64,000 nucleotides of DNA from assembly GCA_963634825.1 (NCBI GenBank), contig CAVHCP010000001.1, positions 24,661 to 88,660 of the forward strand, written 5' to 3'. This document shows positions 1-9,163 of this stretch, in pieces. The stretch comes from an uncultured Porphyromonadaceae bacterium (lineage in GTDB: Bacteria > Bacillota > Clostridia > Peptostreptococcales > Anaerovoracaceae). A model generated the notes under the pieces. The model was not told the origin of the DNA and did not search any database. It was given only the letters and a program-made list of their open reading frames with translations. Positions within the stretch are counted from its first letter, which is position 1. Every line of letters starts with the position of its first letter. The position numbers and the translations under genes were made by a program.

Positions 1-873
1 TTTAAATTGACATCTTCATTTTCCGTACCTATTGTAATCATAATGCCGTCATCTCGAGTTGCCATTTTCCTTACAAATTCATCCTTTTGGTCTATCATCT
101 TGATGAAGTCCTCAGCTTTAGATATGTCCTTGTACTCCGGCATCGAGAATATATTTGTAAGCCCGTCCATATAGAGGTTGACATTTAACATATCCTCAAG
201 CGTCTTTACGAAGTTTGGCATAATATTTTTTGCAAGAGCACTCATGGCCTTTGCATCTATTTCAAACGACTGTATGATATCGATCTTAAGCGCTTCGCTC
301 AGCGTCTTTCCTTTGTATGTATATGTCATAGATTTTGACAAAATGCGGAGCATTTCCTCTGTATAAGCATGGTCGAGTTTTAGCGCTGTATTAGATACCT
401 TGCCCGCTTCCGAAATTATCATAAGTATCACATGCTTTTCATCAAGCGGTAAAAATGTAATTGCCTTTAACACGTCCTTTTCTGAGCTTGGTGTTATAGC
501 AAACGATGTCAGATTTGTAATCTGTGAAAGTATTTTTGCGGCCCTTTCTACCGTTTTATCAAGCTCAGTGAAGTTGTCATACAGCTCCCTTGCAATTATA
601 TTTTTTTTGCTTTTAGGAAGCTCTCTTTTCTTCATTATCTCATTTACATATAACCTATAAGCTTTTTGTGAAGGCACTCTGCCTGCAGAAGTATGAGGAT
701 GAGTCAGAAAACCCATCTCCTCAAGATCTGCCATTTCATTTCTGATGGTTGCAGGACTTACGCCGAGTTCATATTTTTTTGATAATGTCCTCGAGCCTAC
801 CGGTTCTGCTGTGGAAATAAAATCGGCTATGATTGCCTGAAGTATTTTTAGTTTTCTTTCATTTAAATCCATA
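1..873 (-). pseudogene. hrcA: hrcA heat-inducible transcription repressor; frame broken after codon 11 (or sequencing error); 3' end lies outside the window
   Basis: Own minus-strand translation: ATG at 873 gives MDLNERKLKIL. After a 1-nt frame change it continues [69 protein letters not shown]..., the canonical HrcA N-terminal winged helix. A strong SD (AAAGGAGAAGGAG) and CIRCE lie upstream. Not in the ORF track because it runs off the window edge. Confidence 0.7.
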
Positions 874-891
874 ACTCCTTCTCCTTTTTAT

Positions 892-918
892 TAGCACTCA
901 CTATCTTTGAGTGCTAAC
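892..918 (-). promoter_or_regulatory. CIRCE operator (HrcA binding site)
   Basis: TTAGCACTC-N9-GAGTGCTAA is an exact match to the CIRCE inverted-repeat consensus. It lies 18 nt upstream of the hrcA ATG. Confidence 0.9.
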
Positions 919-927
919 TATATTATT

Positions 928-955
928 AGTATACCCTATATTTGGTTCATGTCAA
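928..955 (-). promoter_or_regulatory. sigma-A type promoter of the hrcA operon
   Basis: Minus strand reads TTGACA-16 nt-TATACT, ending about 10 nt upstream of CIRCE. Confidence 0.55.
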
Positions 956-1004
956 CATACTAATTTAAATTTTTTTAGATTAAATTTCCTTATGTCAGTA
1001 AAGC

Positions 1005-1042
1005 AAAAGGGGCTACACCCGAATTCGGATGTAGCCCCTTTT
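1005..1042 (-). terminator. intrinsic terminator after the NhaC-family gene (bidirectional shape)
   Basis: AAAA-GGGGCTACA..CCGAATTCGG..TGTAGCCCC-TTTT: a GC-rich hairpin flanked by A and T runs, 50 nt downstream of the stop at 1092. Confidence 0.75.
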
Positions 1043-1091
1043 GTATATTGAATATATTTTTAGTTACATAACATTAGCCTTTTAGGATTTT

Positions 1092-2633
1092 TTATGCAGA
1101 TTTTGCCTCTTTCCTTTCGGAGACCTTCTTGATCACAAAGAGGATCAAAAGCAGTGCAGCAACTCCAGAACCTAATGTTGTAAATAGGTTGAAGTTTGTA
1201 AATGCCGAAACTAAATAACCTACTGCGCATGCTACAGCAACTGTCAAGGCGTATGGTATCTGTGTCGAAACGTGATCCATATGATCGCAATCCGCACCTG
1301 TTGAAGAGAGAATTGTTGTATCCGATATAGGAGAGCAATGATCTCCAAATACCGAACCTCCGAGCGTAGCCGCAAGTGTAACAATTATCAAATTAGGGTC
1401 TGTAGCAATTGAATCCTCACAGATCAATAATACGATTGGAATCAATATACCGAATGTGCCCCACGCTGTACCCATCGAAAACGATAGAAATGCCGCAACT
1501 ATAAATATTACAAACGGCAACAATATGAGTGGGAAATGGCTTACCTGTACAAGATGTCCGATGTATTCGCCTGTCGAAAGCAAATCTCTGCAAACGCCTG
1601 AGATTGTCCAAGCTAAAACGAGGATTGTGATAGCAGGTACCATCATTTTGATACCGTCATTTACACTACCCATAAAATCTTTGAAGTTGAGTATCTTACG
1701 AGGAAGATATAATACAAATGTTACAAGGATAGCTCCAAAGCCTCCAAGCACAAGCGATGTTGAAGAATCACAATTTCCAAATGCCTCAACTATATTTGTG
1801 CCCTCACCCGAGAAAAGACCTCCTGTATAAAGCATTGCAAGTATGGAAAGGAAAATCAGCGCCAATATAGGAATCAAAAGGTCTTTTACCTGCCCCTTCG
1901 ACTCGCTATCCTCTACTTCCATATCATTTAATGCTCCAAGCTCATTTTCGAGCTCTGCTCTCCTTTCGAGCTCTTTCATCGGACCATAGCTTGTATTTGT
2001 AGTAGCTACTATTATAACCATAAGTATTGTCAATAATGCATATAAGTTAAATGGTATTGTAGCAACGAATGCTAAGATATCACTATCAAATATCTTAGCT
2101 CCTGCAAGCGTACTGCCTACTGCTGCCGCCCAAGATGATATAGGTGCTATGATACAGACAGGTGCCGCAGTTGAGTCTATCAAATATGCGAGCTTTGCTC
2201 TTGCTACACGATACTTATCTGTAACAGGCTTCATAACAGTACCTACTGTCAGGCAGTTAAAATAATCATCTACAAATATTATTATTCCCAGAAGACCTGT
2301 TGCAAGCTGTGCCATTTTTTTATTTTTAATTTTTTTAGCTGCCCAGACACCATAGGCCTGAGAGCCGCCACCGGCTGTTACTAAAACGACCAAAACTCCA
2401 AGGAGGGCCAAAAACAAAATCATGGTTGCATTTTCACCCATTTTTTGTGCCATAAGAGTAAAAGTAGTAGTAATACCTCCCATAAATCCACCGTCGGTAG
2501 CAAAAGCATATGTGAAAGTTCCGACAAAAATACCTATAAGAAGCGATGATATAACCTCTTTTGTTATCAAAGCTAATGCAATAGCTACTATAGGTGGTAA
2601 TATTGATAATATTCCGACATTAATAGCGTCCAT
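1092..2633 (-). CDS. Na+/H+ antiporter, NhaC family
   Basis: 513-aa polytopic membrane protein. The N-terminus MDAINVGILSILPPIVAIALALITKEV and the overall hydrophobic pattern are typical of NhaC-family transporters. Confidence 0.7.
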   Translation of the reverse strand: MDAINVGILSILPPIVAIALALITKEVISSLLIGIFVGTFTYAFATDGGFMGGITTTFTLMAQKMGENATMILFLALLGVLVVLVTAGGGSQAYGVWAAKKIKNKKMAQLATGLLGIIIFVDDYFNCLTVGTVMKPVTDKYRVARAKLAYLIDSTAAPVCIIAPISSWAAAVGSTLAGAKIFDSDILAFVATIPFNLYALLTILMVIIVATTNTSYGPMKELERRAELENELGALNDMEVEDSESKGQVKDLLIPILALIFLSILAMLYTGGLFSGEGTNIVEAFGNCDSSTSLVLGGFGAILVTFVLYLPRKILNFKDFMGSVNDGIKMMVPAITILVLAWTISGVCRDLLSTGEYIGHLVQVSHFPLILLPFVIFIVAAFLSFSMGTAWGTFGILIPIVLLICEDSIATDPNLIIVTLAATLGGSVFGDHCSPISDTTILSSTGADCDHMDHVSTQIPYALTVAVACAVGYLVSAFTNFNLFTTLGSGVAALLLILFVIKKVSERKEAKSA

Positions 2634-2662
2634 AACGACTCCTTTCTTTTATAACCACATAG

Positions 2663-2691
2663 ATTATATATGAAAAAATGCGGTTTTGCAA
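2663..2691 (-). promoter_or_regulatory. putative promoter of the NhaC-family gene
   Basis: Minus strand reads TTGCAA-17 nt-TATAAT, about 30 nt upstream of the ATG at 2633. Confidence 0.5.
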
Positions 2692-2734
2692 AAAATTTAG
2701 AAAATAGAAGCCTTTATGGACGCTTTTTTAGTTG

Positions 2735-2774
2735 GTTTATTAGTTTATTAGTTTATTAGTTTATTAGTTTATTA
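2735..2774. repeat. perfect 8-nt tandem repeat (GTTTATTA)x5
   Basis: Read directly: five head-to-tail copies between the opu permease stop (2785) and the NhaC-family promoter. Confidence 0.95.
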
Positions 2775-2784
2775 ATTTTACAAT

Positions 2785-4365
2785 TTATTTTTTAATTATG
2801 CCTTCTTTTACAAGCCATTCATGTGCTGCCTCCCTAGGAGACTTTCCGAGCTCGTCGACCTCATAATTGAGCTCCTGCATAACCTCTTCAGTCAATAATG
2901 GATTTAGCTCCTCACATGCCTTCTCTATCTCAGGATGCTTCTTTAAAACTTCCTCTCTTATTGTAGGTACCGCATGATAAGGCGGGAAGAAATTCTTATC
3001 ATCTTCCAAAACCTTTAGCTGGAATTTCTTTAGAAGCCCATCTGTCATAAATGCATCTATTATTTGAACCTCATCATTTTCAAGAGCGTGATATCTTGTA
3101 GAACTGTCGAGTCCGCTAACTGATTTAAAGTTGAGCCCGTAATATTCACAAAGAGCATTATATCCGTCTTTTCTGTTCAAAAATTCGTGTGTTGTACCGA
3201 CCTTAAACTCCGAAGCGCAACTAACCAAATCGCTTACCTTATTTAAATTGTATTTATCAGCTGTTTCCTGCTTCATAGCAAGCGCATATGTATTATTATA
3301 CTCGGATTGTCCGAGCGTTATAAGTCCATACTTTTCCTTCATCTCTTTTTTGCATGTTTCATAAACCTCGTCCATATCAGTATTTGTATCATGCTTTAAA
3401 ATACTCATATATTGCGTGCCCGTATAATCAACATACATATCTACTTCGCCTTTTTGGGTAGCCTCAAGCACTACCTGACTTCCGCCAAGATCCTGTTTTC
3501 TTTCGACCTCAATGCCTGTCTTATCCTCTATCACATCAGAATAAAGATGCATCAAAACCTCTTGCTCAGTATAATCCTTGCTTGCAACAACGACTTTTTC
3601 TTTATTATTTTCTGCAATGCCCGAGATAATATTAAACGATATTAGAGCAACAATAATAACCGCAAATGTGCCAAGTATTATTTTTTTAACCTTTCGGCTT
3701 TTTTTGATTTGCTCAATATTTCCGTTGTAATCCTTTTGCAGGCTGATTGGTGTTACAAGCTTTTCTATCATGCCTATAATCCAGTCCACAAAAAGCGCCA
3801 ACAAGCTTGCAGGAATAGCACCAGCTAAAATCTGAGCATTGCTTACTGTCCTGATACCCGAAAATATCAAATAACCAAGTCCGCCCGCACCGATATATGC
3901 TGCCATAGTCATAAGTCCAACAGCAGTAACTGCCGAAATCCTGACGCCTGCCATTATTACTGGCAATGCAAGTGGCAATTGAACTCTAAAAAGTCTTTGC
4001 GTCTTAGTCAGTCCAATACCCTTTGCCGCTTCAAGCGTCAGCGGATCTATATTTTCAAGACCTGTATATGTATTTTTAATAATAGGCAATAAAGAATAAA
4101 TAACTACCATCACAATCGCCGGAAGCGATCCTATACCAAGTAGCGGTATTGAAAGACCAAGCAAAGCAAGTGACGGGATAGCTTGTATAATATTTGCAAC
4201 GCCAAGCACCGGTTTGCTTAGCTTTTTGATATAGCTGATCAATATACCGAGAGGTACTCCGACCAAAATCGAAAATACAACCGCTATACAAGTCAGCTTT
4301 ATATGCTCAAGCGTAAGAGAGCCGATTTCACCGATATTTTCGGAGATAAAAGTCATAAAATCCAT
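2785..4365 (-). CDS. osmoprotectant (glycine betaine/choline/carnitine type) ABC transporter, fused permease and substrate-binding protein
   Basis: The N-terminal half is an ABC permease with an EAA-like loop (EAAKGIGLTKTQRLFRVQLPLALP). An extra TM segment is followed by a C-terminal OpuBC/OpuCC-like binding domain. The start overlaps the stop of the upstream ATPase gene. Confidence 0.8.
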   Translation of the reverse strand: MDFMTFISENIGEIGSLTLEHIKLTCIAVVFSILVGVPLGILISYIKKLSKPVLGVANIIQAIPSLALLGLSIPLLGIGSLPAIVMVVIYSLLPIIKNTYTGLENIDPLTLEAAKGIGLTKTQRLFRVQLPLALPVIMAGVRISAVTAVGLMTMAAYIGAGGLGYLIFSGIRTVSNAQILAGAIPASLLALFVDWIIGMIEKLVTPISLQKDYNGNIEQIKKSRKVKKIILGTFAVIIVALISFNIISGIAENNKEKVVVASKDYTEQEVLMHLYSDVIEDKTGIEVERKQDLGGSQVVLEATQKGEVDMYVDYTGTQYMSILKHDTNTDMDEVYETCKKEMKEKYGLITLGQSEYNNTYALAMKQETADKYNLNKVSDLVSCASEFKVGTTHEFLNRKDGYNALCEYYGLNFKSVSGLDSSTRYHALENDEVQIIDAFMTDGLLKKFQLKVLEDDKNFFPPYHAVPTIREEVLKKHPEIEKACEELNPLLTEEVMQELNYEVDELGKSPREAAHEWLVKEGIIKK

Positions 4366-5534
4366 TATGCTTCACTCTCCTTTCCTGCATCTGCATCTTC
4401 TGCATCTTTTTCATCATCTTTAGTCAAATAAGGAGAGCTCATAACATTTATAAGGCTACTGCTTGTAATAAGTCCTCTAAGTATACCATCGTCATCAACA
4501 ACAGGAATATTAGTAGTATCAGTCTCATCAATTTTTTGTAGTAAATCTACAATGCTGTCCTGTGGTCTTGCCGTAATTATAGTCTCTTTTCTATATATAT
4601 CTCCTGCTGTCAACCACGGTCTGAGAGCGCTATATAAACCTCTACGGTTTACAATACCTATATATTTTTTGTCATCATCAACTACTATTAGAGTATCTAT
4701 ATGGTGCTGTACCATTCTTTTGATACAGTCATTTCTTGTAAGGTCAGGCTTACACGTTATAGGATTAGAAATCATAATATCCTCAACCTTGATATACTCC
4801 GGTGAGTCCCAAATCTTATTTTTTCCTATAAAATTTTCTACGAATTCATTTTTTGGATGCTTCAAAATTTCTTCCGGCGTGTCAAATTGAAGTATTTCGC
4901 CATCTTTCATGATCATAATCCTGTCTGCAATCTTTATCGCCTCATCCATATCATGAGTTACAAAAACTATAGTTGCATCCATCTTTTTATGAAGCTCTAT
5001 AAGCTCATCCTGCAAATTTGTCCTTGTCATAGGATCAAGAGCCGAAAACGGTTCGTCCATCAATATAACTTTAGGATCGTTTGCAAGCGCCCTTGCAACG
5101 CCTACCCTCTGCTGCTGGCCACCGGAAAGATTTGTCGGATATTTATTTAAATACTCCTCCTCATCGAGCTGCATTATTTCCATAAGCCTTTTTGTATTTT
5201 TTTCAATTTCTGCTTTATCTTTTTTTTCTAATCTTTGAATCAGCTCGATATTTTCCTTTACAGTCATATGCGGAAAAAGTCCCATCTGCTGTATGACATA
5301 TCCTATGCTTCTCCTAAGCTCGGTTTTATTTACTTTTTCGATATTTTTGCCGTCTATTAAGATACTGCCGGATGTCGGCACAATCAGCCTATTTATCATT
5401 TTTAAAGTCGTGGTTTTGCCACAACCGCTTGCACCTATTATAGCGACAAGTTCCTTATCATTGATTGTAAAGCTAATATCGTGAAGAACCTTCTTATCTT
5501 TGAATTCTTTTGATACATTTACAAATTCAATCAT
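4365..5534 (-). CDS. osmoprotectant ABC transporter ATP-binding protein with C-terminal tandem CBS domains (OpuCA/ProV-like)
   Basis: Walker A GASGCGKTT, signature LSGGQQQRV, Walker B ILMDEPFSALD, and a CBS-pair-like C-terminal third. Confidence 0.85.
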   Translation of the reverse strand: MIEFVNVSKEFKDKKVLHDISFTINDKELVAIIGASGCGKTTTLKMINRLIVPTSGSILIDGKNIEKVNKTELRRSIGYVIQQMGLFPHMTVKENIELIQRLEKKDKAEIEKNTKRLMEIMQLDEEEYLNKYPTNLSGGQQQRVGVARALANDPKVILMDEPFSALDPMTRTNLQDELIELHKKMDATIVFVTHDMDEAIKIADRIMIMKDGEILQFDTPEEILKHPKNEFVENFIGKNKIWDSPEYIKVEDIMISNPITCKPDLTRNDCIKRMVQHHIDTLIVVDDDKKYIGIVNRRGLYSALRPWLTAGDIYRKETIITARPQDSIVDLLQKIDETDTTNIPVVDDDGILRGLITSSSLINVMSSPYLTKDDEKDAEDADAGKESEA

Positions 5535-5575
5535 CCATTACCTCTTTCTCTAAAAAAATGTGTAAATATACTGAT

Positions 5576-5604
5576 ATTATACTATATTTGGAGTAATTTA
5601 GCAA
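5576..5604 (-). promoter_or_regulatory. putative promoter of the opu operon
   Basis: Minus strand reads TTGCTA-17 nt-TATAAT, about 40 nt upstream of the ATG at 5534. Confidence 0.55.
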
Positions 5605-5634
5605 AAATCACCTGGTTTTTTGTGACCAAGTGAT
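5602..5634 (-). terminator. intrinsic terminator closing the methyltransferase/nuclease module
   Basis: Minus strand reads TCACTTGGT-N8-ACCAGGTGA followed by TTTTTG, 24 nt after the stop at 5658. Confidence 0.6.
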
Positions 5635-5657
5635 AAAATATAATTTCACAGCAACTT

Positions 5658-6887
5658 TTAATCTTCTGCTTCCGAATCAGATATGTTATAGATTTTTTCA
5701 TATGTTCCTAAATTGCAAAAATCTATTTTGTATTTTCTATTATTTATGCGTGTAAACATCACGCTATCAATGTCAAAAACTCTCAACATATCATATGTAA
5801 CAACGGTTCCTTCTGGCAGCCCAAACACATCCCTCAAAAGCCAATTACCCAACTCTTTATTAGGATTGCTCATTATTGCTTTACCAACTTTCGACTTTGC
5901 ATCTTCAATAACTTTTTCTTCATCCGACAATTGTTGATACTCAGCATCTTTTAGCTTTTTATATGCCCGTTGACATACTTTTGCATCCATTTCTGTACCA
6001 TTCGGCAAGATCAAAGTAAATGGCGTATCTCTTGGTGGGAAAAAGTTTAAATCTCTATCCCTGTCTTCTTTATTGTATGGAATATATAGCTCATTTGGAT
6101 CTCGCACGCGACCTTCTGCATTCCATTGATTCAATCCACTTTTTTCTGGTACATATTTTGTTCCATCACGTTTTAAAGCATACAATCTCAAACAAAGTTG
6201 CGAACGTTGTTCACAAGCTATTTGTTCTTGCCTATTTGCTTGGTGTACGGATTCATCAAGCAATTTCAATGCTTCAAATGGGTCTTCCAAAATCTCAACA
6301 TCAAAGGCATCCATCAATTGCATATCATCAAAAATCATAAATAATGTATTCTTTGACATACTGAAATGATATGTATGCCTTCCATCTGAAAAATATGTAT
6401 TGTTTGCATTCCCTCTATTTTCATCCAAAACAATATTATCAATATCTACATAGTCAAACGCAGCTTCATAAATCTGCATAGCTCGCGGTATCCTTTTGAC
6501 CACATGATAAATCATCTCCGTAAGGCCATGTAAATTTTTAGTAACACGGATTCTCTCATTTCTATACTCAGATATTGTCTTTACAAGTTCAATACCGAAT
6601 AGATTTTCAAACGTTGGTCTTAGTCTGCCGAATTCCGCCACTTTCTGGTCGTCACTACCAACCCATGTTTTCAGACCGATACCAATAACGCCTTTTGTAG
6701 CATCCGCCGAACAATCTTCTCTTGAAAGATTATCAGCCCCAAAATACTTACAAAAAGTGTTCTCGTGAGCACGATAATACAACATCGGCGTTTCAGAATC
6801 AGCGAATAAATTCGATAAACTACCAATCAAAGCAAGCATTGATTTATAATTTTCACGTTGCTCTTTTGGTTGATTCTCATAAAACAC
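5658..6887 (-). CDS. putative type II restriction endonuclease partner of the adjacent C5-methyltransferase (family and specificity not recognised)
   Basis: 409-aa ORF lies 25 nt downstream of the MTase on the same strand, with SD AGGTGA. The C-terminal third shows a B3-like pattern (ELYIPYNK..FFPPRDTPFTLILPNGTEMDAKVCQ..GKAIMSNPNKELGNWLLRDVFGLPEGTVVTYDML..VMFTRI). The call rests mainly on context. Confidence 0.5.
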   Translation of the reverse strand: MFYENQPKEQRENYKSMLALIGSLSNLFADSETPMLYYRAHENTFCKYFGADNLSREDCSADATKGVIGIGLKTWVGSDDQKVAEFGRLRPTFENLFGIELVKTISEYRNERIRVTKNLHGLTEMIYHVVKRIPRAMQIYEAAFDYVDIDNIVLDENRGNANNTYFSDGRHTYHFSMSKNTLFMIFDDMQLMDAFDVEILEDPFEALKLLDESVHQANRQEQIACEQRSQLCLRLYALKRDGTKYVPEKSGLNQWNAEGRVRDPNELYIPYNKEDRDRDLNFFPPRDTPFTLILPNGTEMDAKVCQRAYKKLKDAEYQQLSDEEKVIEDAKSKVGKAIMSNPNKELGNWLLRDVFGLPEGTVVTYDMLRVFDIDSVMFTRINNRKYKIDFCNLGTYEKIYNISDSEAED

Positions 6888-6912
6888 ATCTTCACCTATA
6901 TTCTCTTAATTT

Positions 6913-7881
6913 TTAACTTATTGCAACTACAATACTATCGGCAATTCTTCCGATCACTGACACACAGACAGAATTCCCCGCTTGCTTATAAAGTCTTGAC
7001 TCCGCCATATCTTTTGGCAATTTAAATGTAGTCGGAAATCCCTGTGTATTAAAGCATTCGTGAGGTGTCATTTTACGGATTCCATTATCTGTCTTAATCA
7101 AACAAACATTGTGTCCACCCATTCCCTGATTTGCAGTCAATGTTGGAACTACACCTGATTTATTTTTACGCACATACTGTCTTCTCCACTGATAAACAGC
7201 TCTATCATCATCCATTGCTTCTACAAGCTTATCATAAATATCGCCTTTATATTTGCCCGGTGTATAGTAATATTTCTCATTCAATTTAGTATGAAAATCA
7301 ATAATATCTGACAACTGAGTTGTCAATGGTATAGCATCCGGAAACTCAAATTTATTATGCTGTTTTTCATCCAAAAAGCCAACAATATAAATACGTTCCC
7401 TATTCTGGGGAATGTTGCCATATTCCATTGCATTAAGCACTTTGTACTTTGTATGATAACCAAGCTGAGCAAGCGTATCTAAAATTACAGTGAATGTATT
7501 TCCATCATCATGTGTAACAAGATTCTTTACATTTTCCAAAAAAACAATCTTAGGCTTTTTTTCTTCAATGATTCGCGCAACTTCAAAGAACAACGTTCCT
7601 CTACCTTTTGCATCCGCAAAGCCTTGTCTATATCCTGCCACACTAAAAGATTGACATGGGAAACCGGCTAAGCAAACATCAAAATCCGGTATTTCACTGG
7701 ACTTTACATCTCTTATATCTCTACAATCTACTTTTATATTTGAATTTAATTCATATGTCTGCACTGGGTAAGGGTCAAATTCGTTCGCATATACAGTTTC
7801 AAAAGCATCTGTGAGCTCGAATCCCATATCGATACCGCCTACACCGGCAAAAAAAGATGCGCATTTTAATTTGTTTTTCAT
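6913..7881 (-). CDS. DNA (cytosine-5)-methyltransferase
   Basis: Canonical C5-MTase motifs are present: I FFAGVGG, IV GFPCQSFS, VI ENVKNL, VIII QNRERIY, X GNSVCV. The variable TRD contains PTLTANQGMGGHN. Confidence 0.92.
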   Translation of the reverse strand: MKNKLKCASFFAGVGGIDMGFELTDAFETVYANEFDPYPVQTYELNSNIKVDCRDIRDVKSSEIPDFDVCLAGFPCQSFSVAGYRQGFADAKGRGTLFFEVARIIEEKKPKIVFLENVKNLVTHDDGNTFTVILDTLAQLGYHTKYKVLNAMEYGNIPQNRERIYIVGFLDEKQHNKFEFPDAIPLTTQLSDIIDFHTKLNEKYYYTPGKYKGDIYDKLVEAMDDDRAVYQWRRQYVRKNKSGVVPTLTANQGMGGHNVCLIKTDNGIRKMTPHECFNTQGFPTTFKLPKDMAESRLYKQAGNSVCVSVIGRIADSIVVAIS

Positions 7882-7944
7882 TTTGACATAAAGCTCCTTT
7901 ATTTCTGCTCGTTATCAATAATATTTTAAAGAAAACATTGCAAC

Positions 7945-9054
7945 TTAGTCAAGTATCACGCCGTCTTCGTCAACCTGCACCTCTTTTACTGTAGCCTTTG
8001 GCTTAGATTGCTTGTTTTCGTCGACCTCATTGCTATTATCTTTTTCTGTGCCTTTTTCTTTTGCGATCGTATCCAAAAGTAATCCTTCGATTTTATTTAA
8101 AATTTCGGCATTTTCACTTAAATAAGCCTTTACATTTTCTCTGCCCTGACCTATCCTATTGCCCTCAAAGCTGTACCATGAGCCCGCTTTATCGATAATA
8201 TTTTTATTTACGGCGCAATCCATGATATCTCCTATTTTTGAAATACCCTCGCCATACATAATATCAAACTCTGCCTGTCTAAATGGAGGCGCCACCTTGT
8301 TTTTAACAATCTTTACCTTCACACGATTGCCAAGCATCTGATCGCCTTGTTTTATAGTCTCTACCTTCCTTACGTCAAATCGCATAGATGCATAAAACTT
8401 AAGCGCACGACCGCCTGTTGTAGTTTCCGGATTGCCATATATAACGCCTATTTTTTCTCTCAGCTGATTTATAAAAACAACTGAAGCCTTTGATTTATTT
8501 ATAACGCCGGCAAGCTTTCGAAGTGCCTGTGACATAAGTCTTGCCTGCAATCCTACATGACTGTCTCCCATATCGCCGTCAATTTCTGTTTTAGGCACTA
8601 AAGCGGCTACCGAGTCAACCACGATAACATCAAGTGCGCCCGATCTTACAAGAAGCTCGCATATCTCAAGCGCCTGCTCACCTGTATCAGGCTGAGATAC
8701 TAAGAGCTCATCTATATTTACTCCAAGATTTTTTGCATACTCCGGATCAAGTGCGTGCTCTGCATCTATAAAAGCAGCCTTACCGCCTGTCTTTTGCGCC
8801 TCTGCTATTATATGAAGCGCAAGCGTTGTCTTACCTGATGACTCCGGACCGTAAATTTCTATAATACGTCCTTTAGGTATACCACCTATACCGGTTGCTA
8901 AATCAAGGCTCATCGAGCCTGTAGAAATTGCTTCTATATTTAGCTTCATATTGTCATCGCCAAGTCTCATAACAGAGCCTTTGCCGAATTGCTTTTCTAT
9001 CTGAGCTAATGCGTCGCTCAAAGCCTTTTCTTTATTTTCGTTTATATTAGCCAT
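7945..9054 (-). CDS. recA: recombinase RecA
   Basis: [23 protein letters not shown], Walker [10 protein letters not shown], and near full-length RecA similarity. Confidence 0.97.
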   Translation of the reverse strand: MANINENKEKALSDALAQIEKQFGKGSVMRLGDDNMKLNIEAISTGSMSLDLATGIGGIPKGRIIEIYGPESSGKTTLALHIIAEAQKTGGKAAFIDAEHALDPEYAKNLGVNIDELLVSQPDTGEQALEICELLVRSGALDVIVVDSVAALVPKTEIDGDMGDSHVGLQARLMSQALRKLAGVINKSKASVVFINQLREKIGVIYGNPETTTGGRALKFYASMRFDVRKVETIKQGDQMLGNRVKVKIVKNKVAPPFRQAEFDIMYGEGISKIGDIMDCAVNKNIIDKAGSWYSFEGNRIGQGRENVKAYLSENAEILNKIEGLLLDTIAKEKGTEKDNSNEVDENKQSKPKATVKEVQVDEDGVILD

Positions 9055-9092
9055 ATTGTACTTTCCTCCTTAAAAACAAATATAAGTTGCAA

Positions 9093-9104
9093 GAACATTT
9101 GTTC
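9093..9104. promoter_or_regulatory. LexA (Cheo/SOS) box downstream of the recA -10
   Basis: GAACATTTGTTC is a perfect GAAC-N4-GTTC palindrome between the promoter and the recA SD. Confidence 0.7.
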
Positions 9105-9113
9105 ACACAACTT

Positions 9114-9142
9114 ATATTATATTAGTTTTTCTATGCTGTCAA
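9114..9142 (-). promoter_or_regulatory. putative recA promoter
   Basis: Minus strand reads TTGACA-17 nt-TAATAT, bracketed by the two LexA-type boxes. Confidence 0.5.
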
Positions 9143-9149
9143 GCAAATT

Positions 9150-9163
9150 CGAACAAATGTTTT
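9150..9163. promoter_or_regulatory. second LexA-type box upstream of the recA -35
   Basis: CGAACAAATGTTTT matches CGAAC-N4-GTTYG in all but the last positions. It overlaps the stop codon of the LCP gene. Confidence 0.55.

Noticed and set aside
178-660. Two plus-strand ORFs (62 and 86 aa) at the left edge
   Set aside because: Both are antisense to the hrcA body, which translates cleanly on the minus strand.
838-846. Programmed +1 frameshift in hrcA (CUU-U slip as in prfB)
   Set aside because: The tetranucleotide matches, but there is no in-frame stop or rare codon in the A site (UCA) and no SD-like stimulator 3 nt upstream. A mutation or sequencing error is the simpler explanation. It is kept as a note in the hrcA finding.
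2735-2774. CRISPR-like array
   Set aside because: These are 8-nt units with no spacers, so this is a simple microsatellite.
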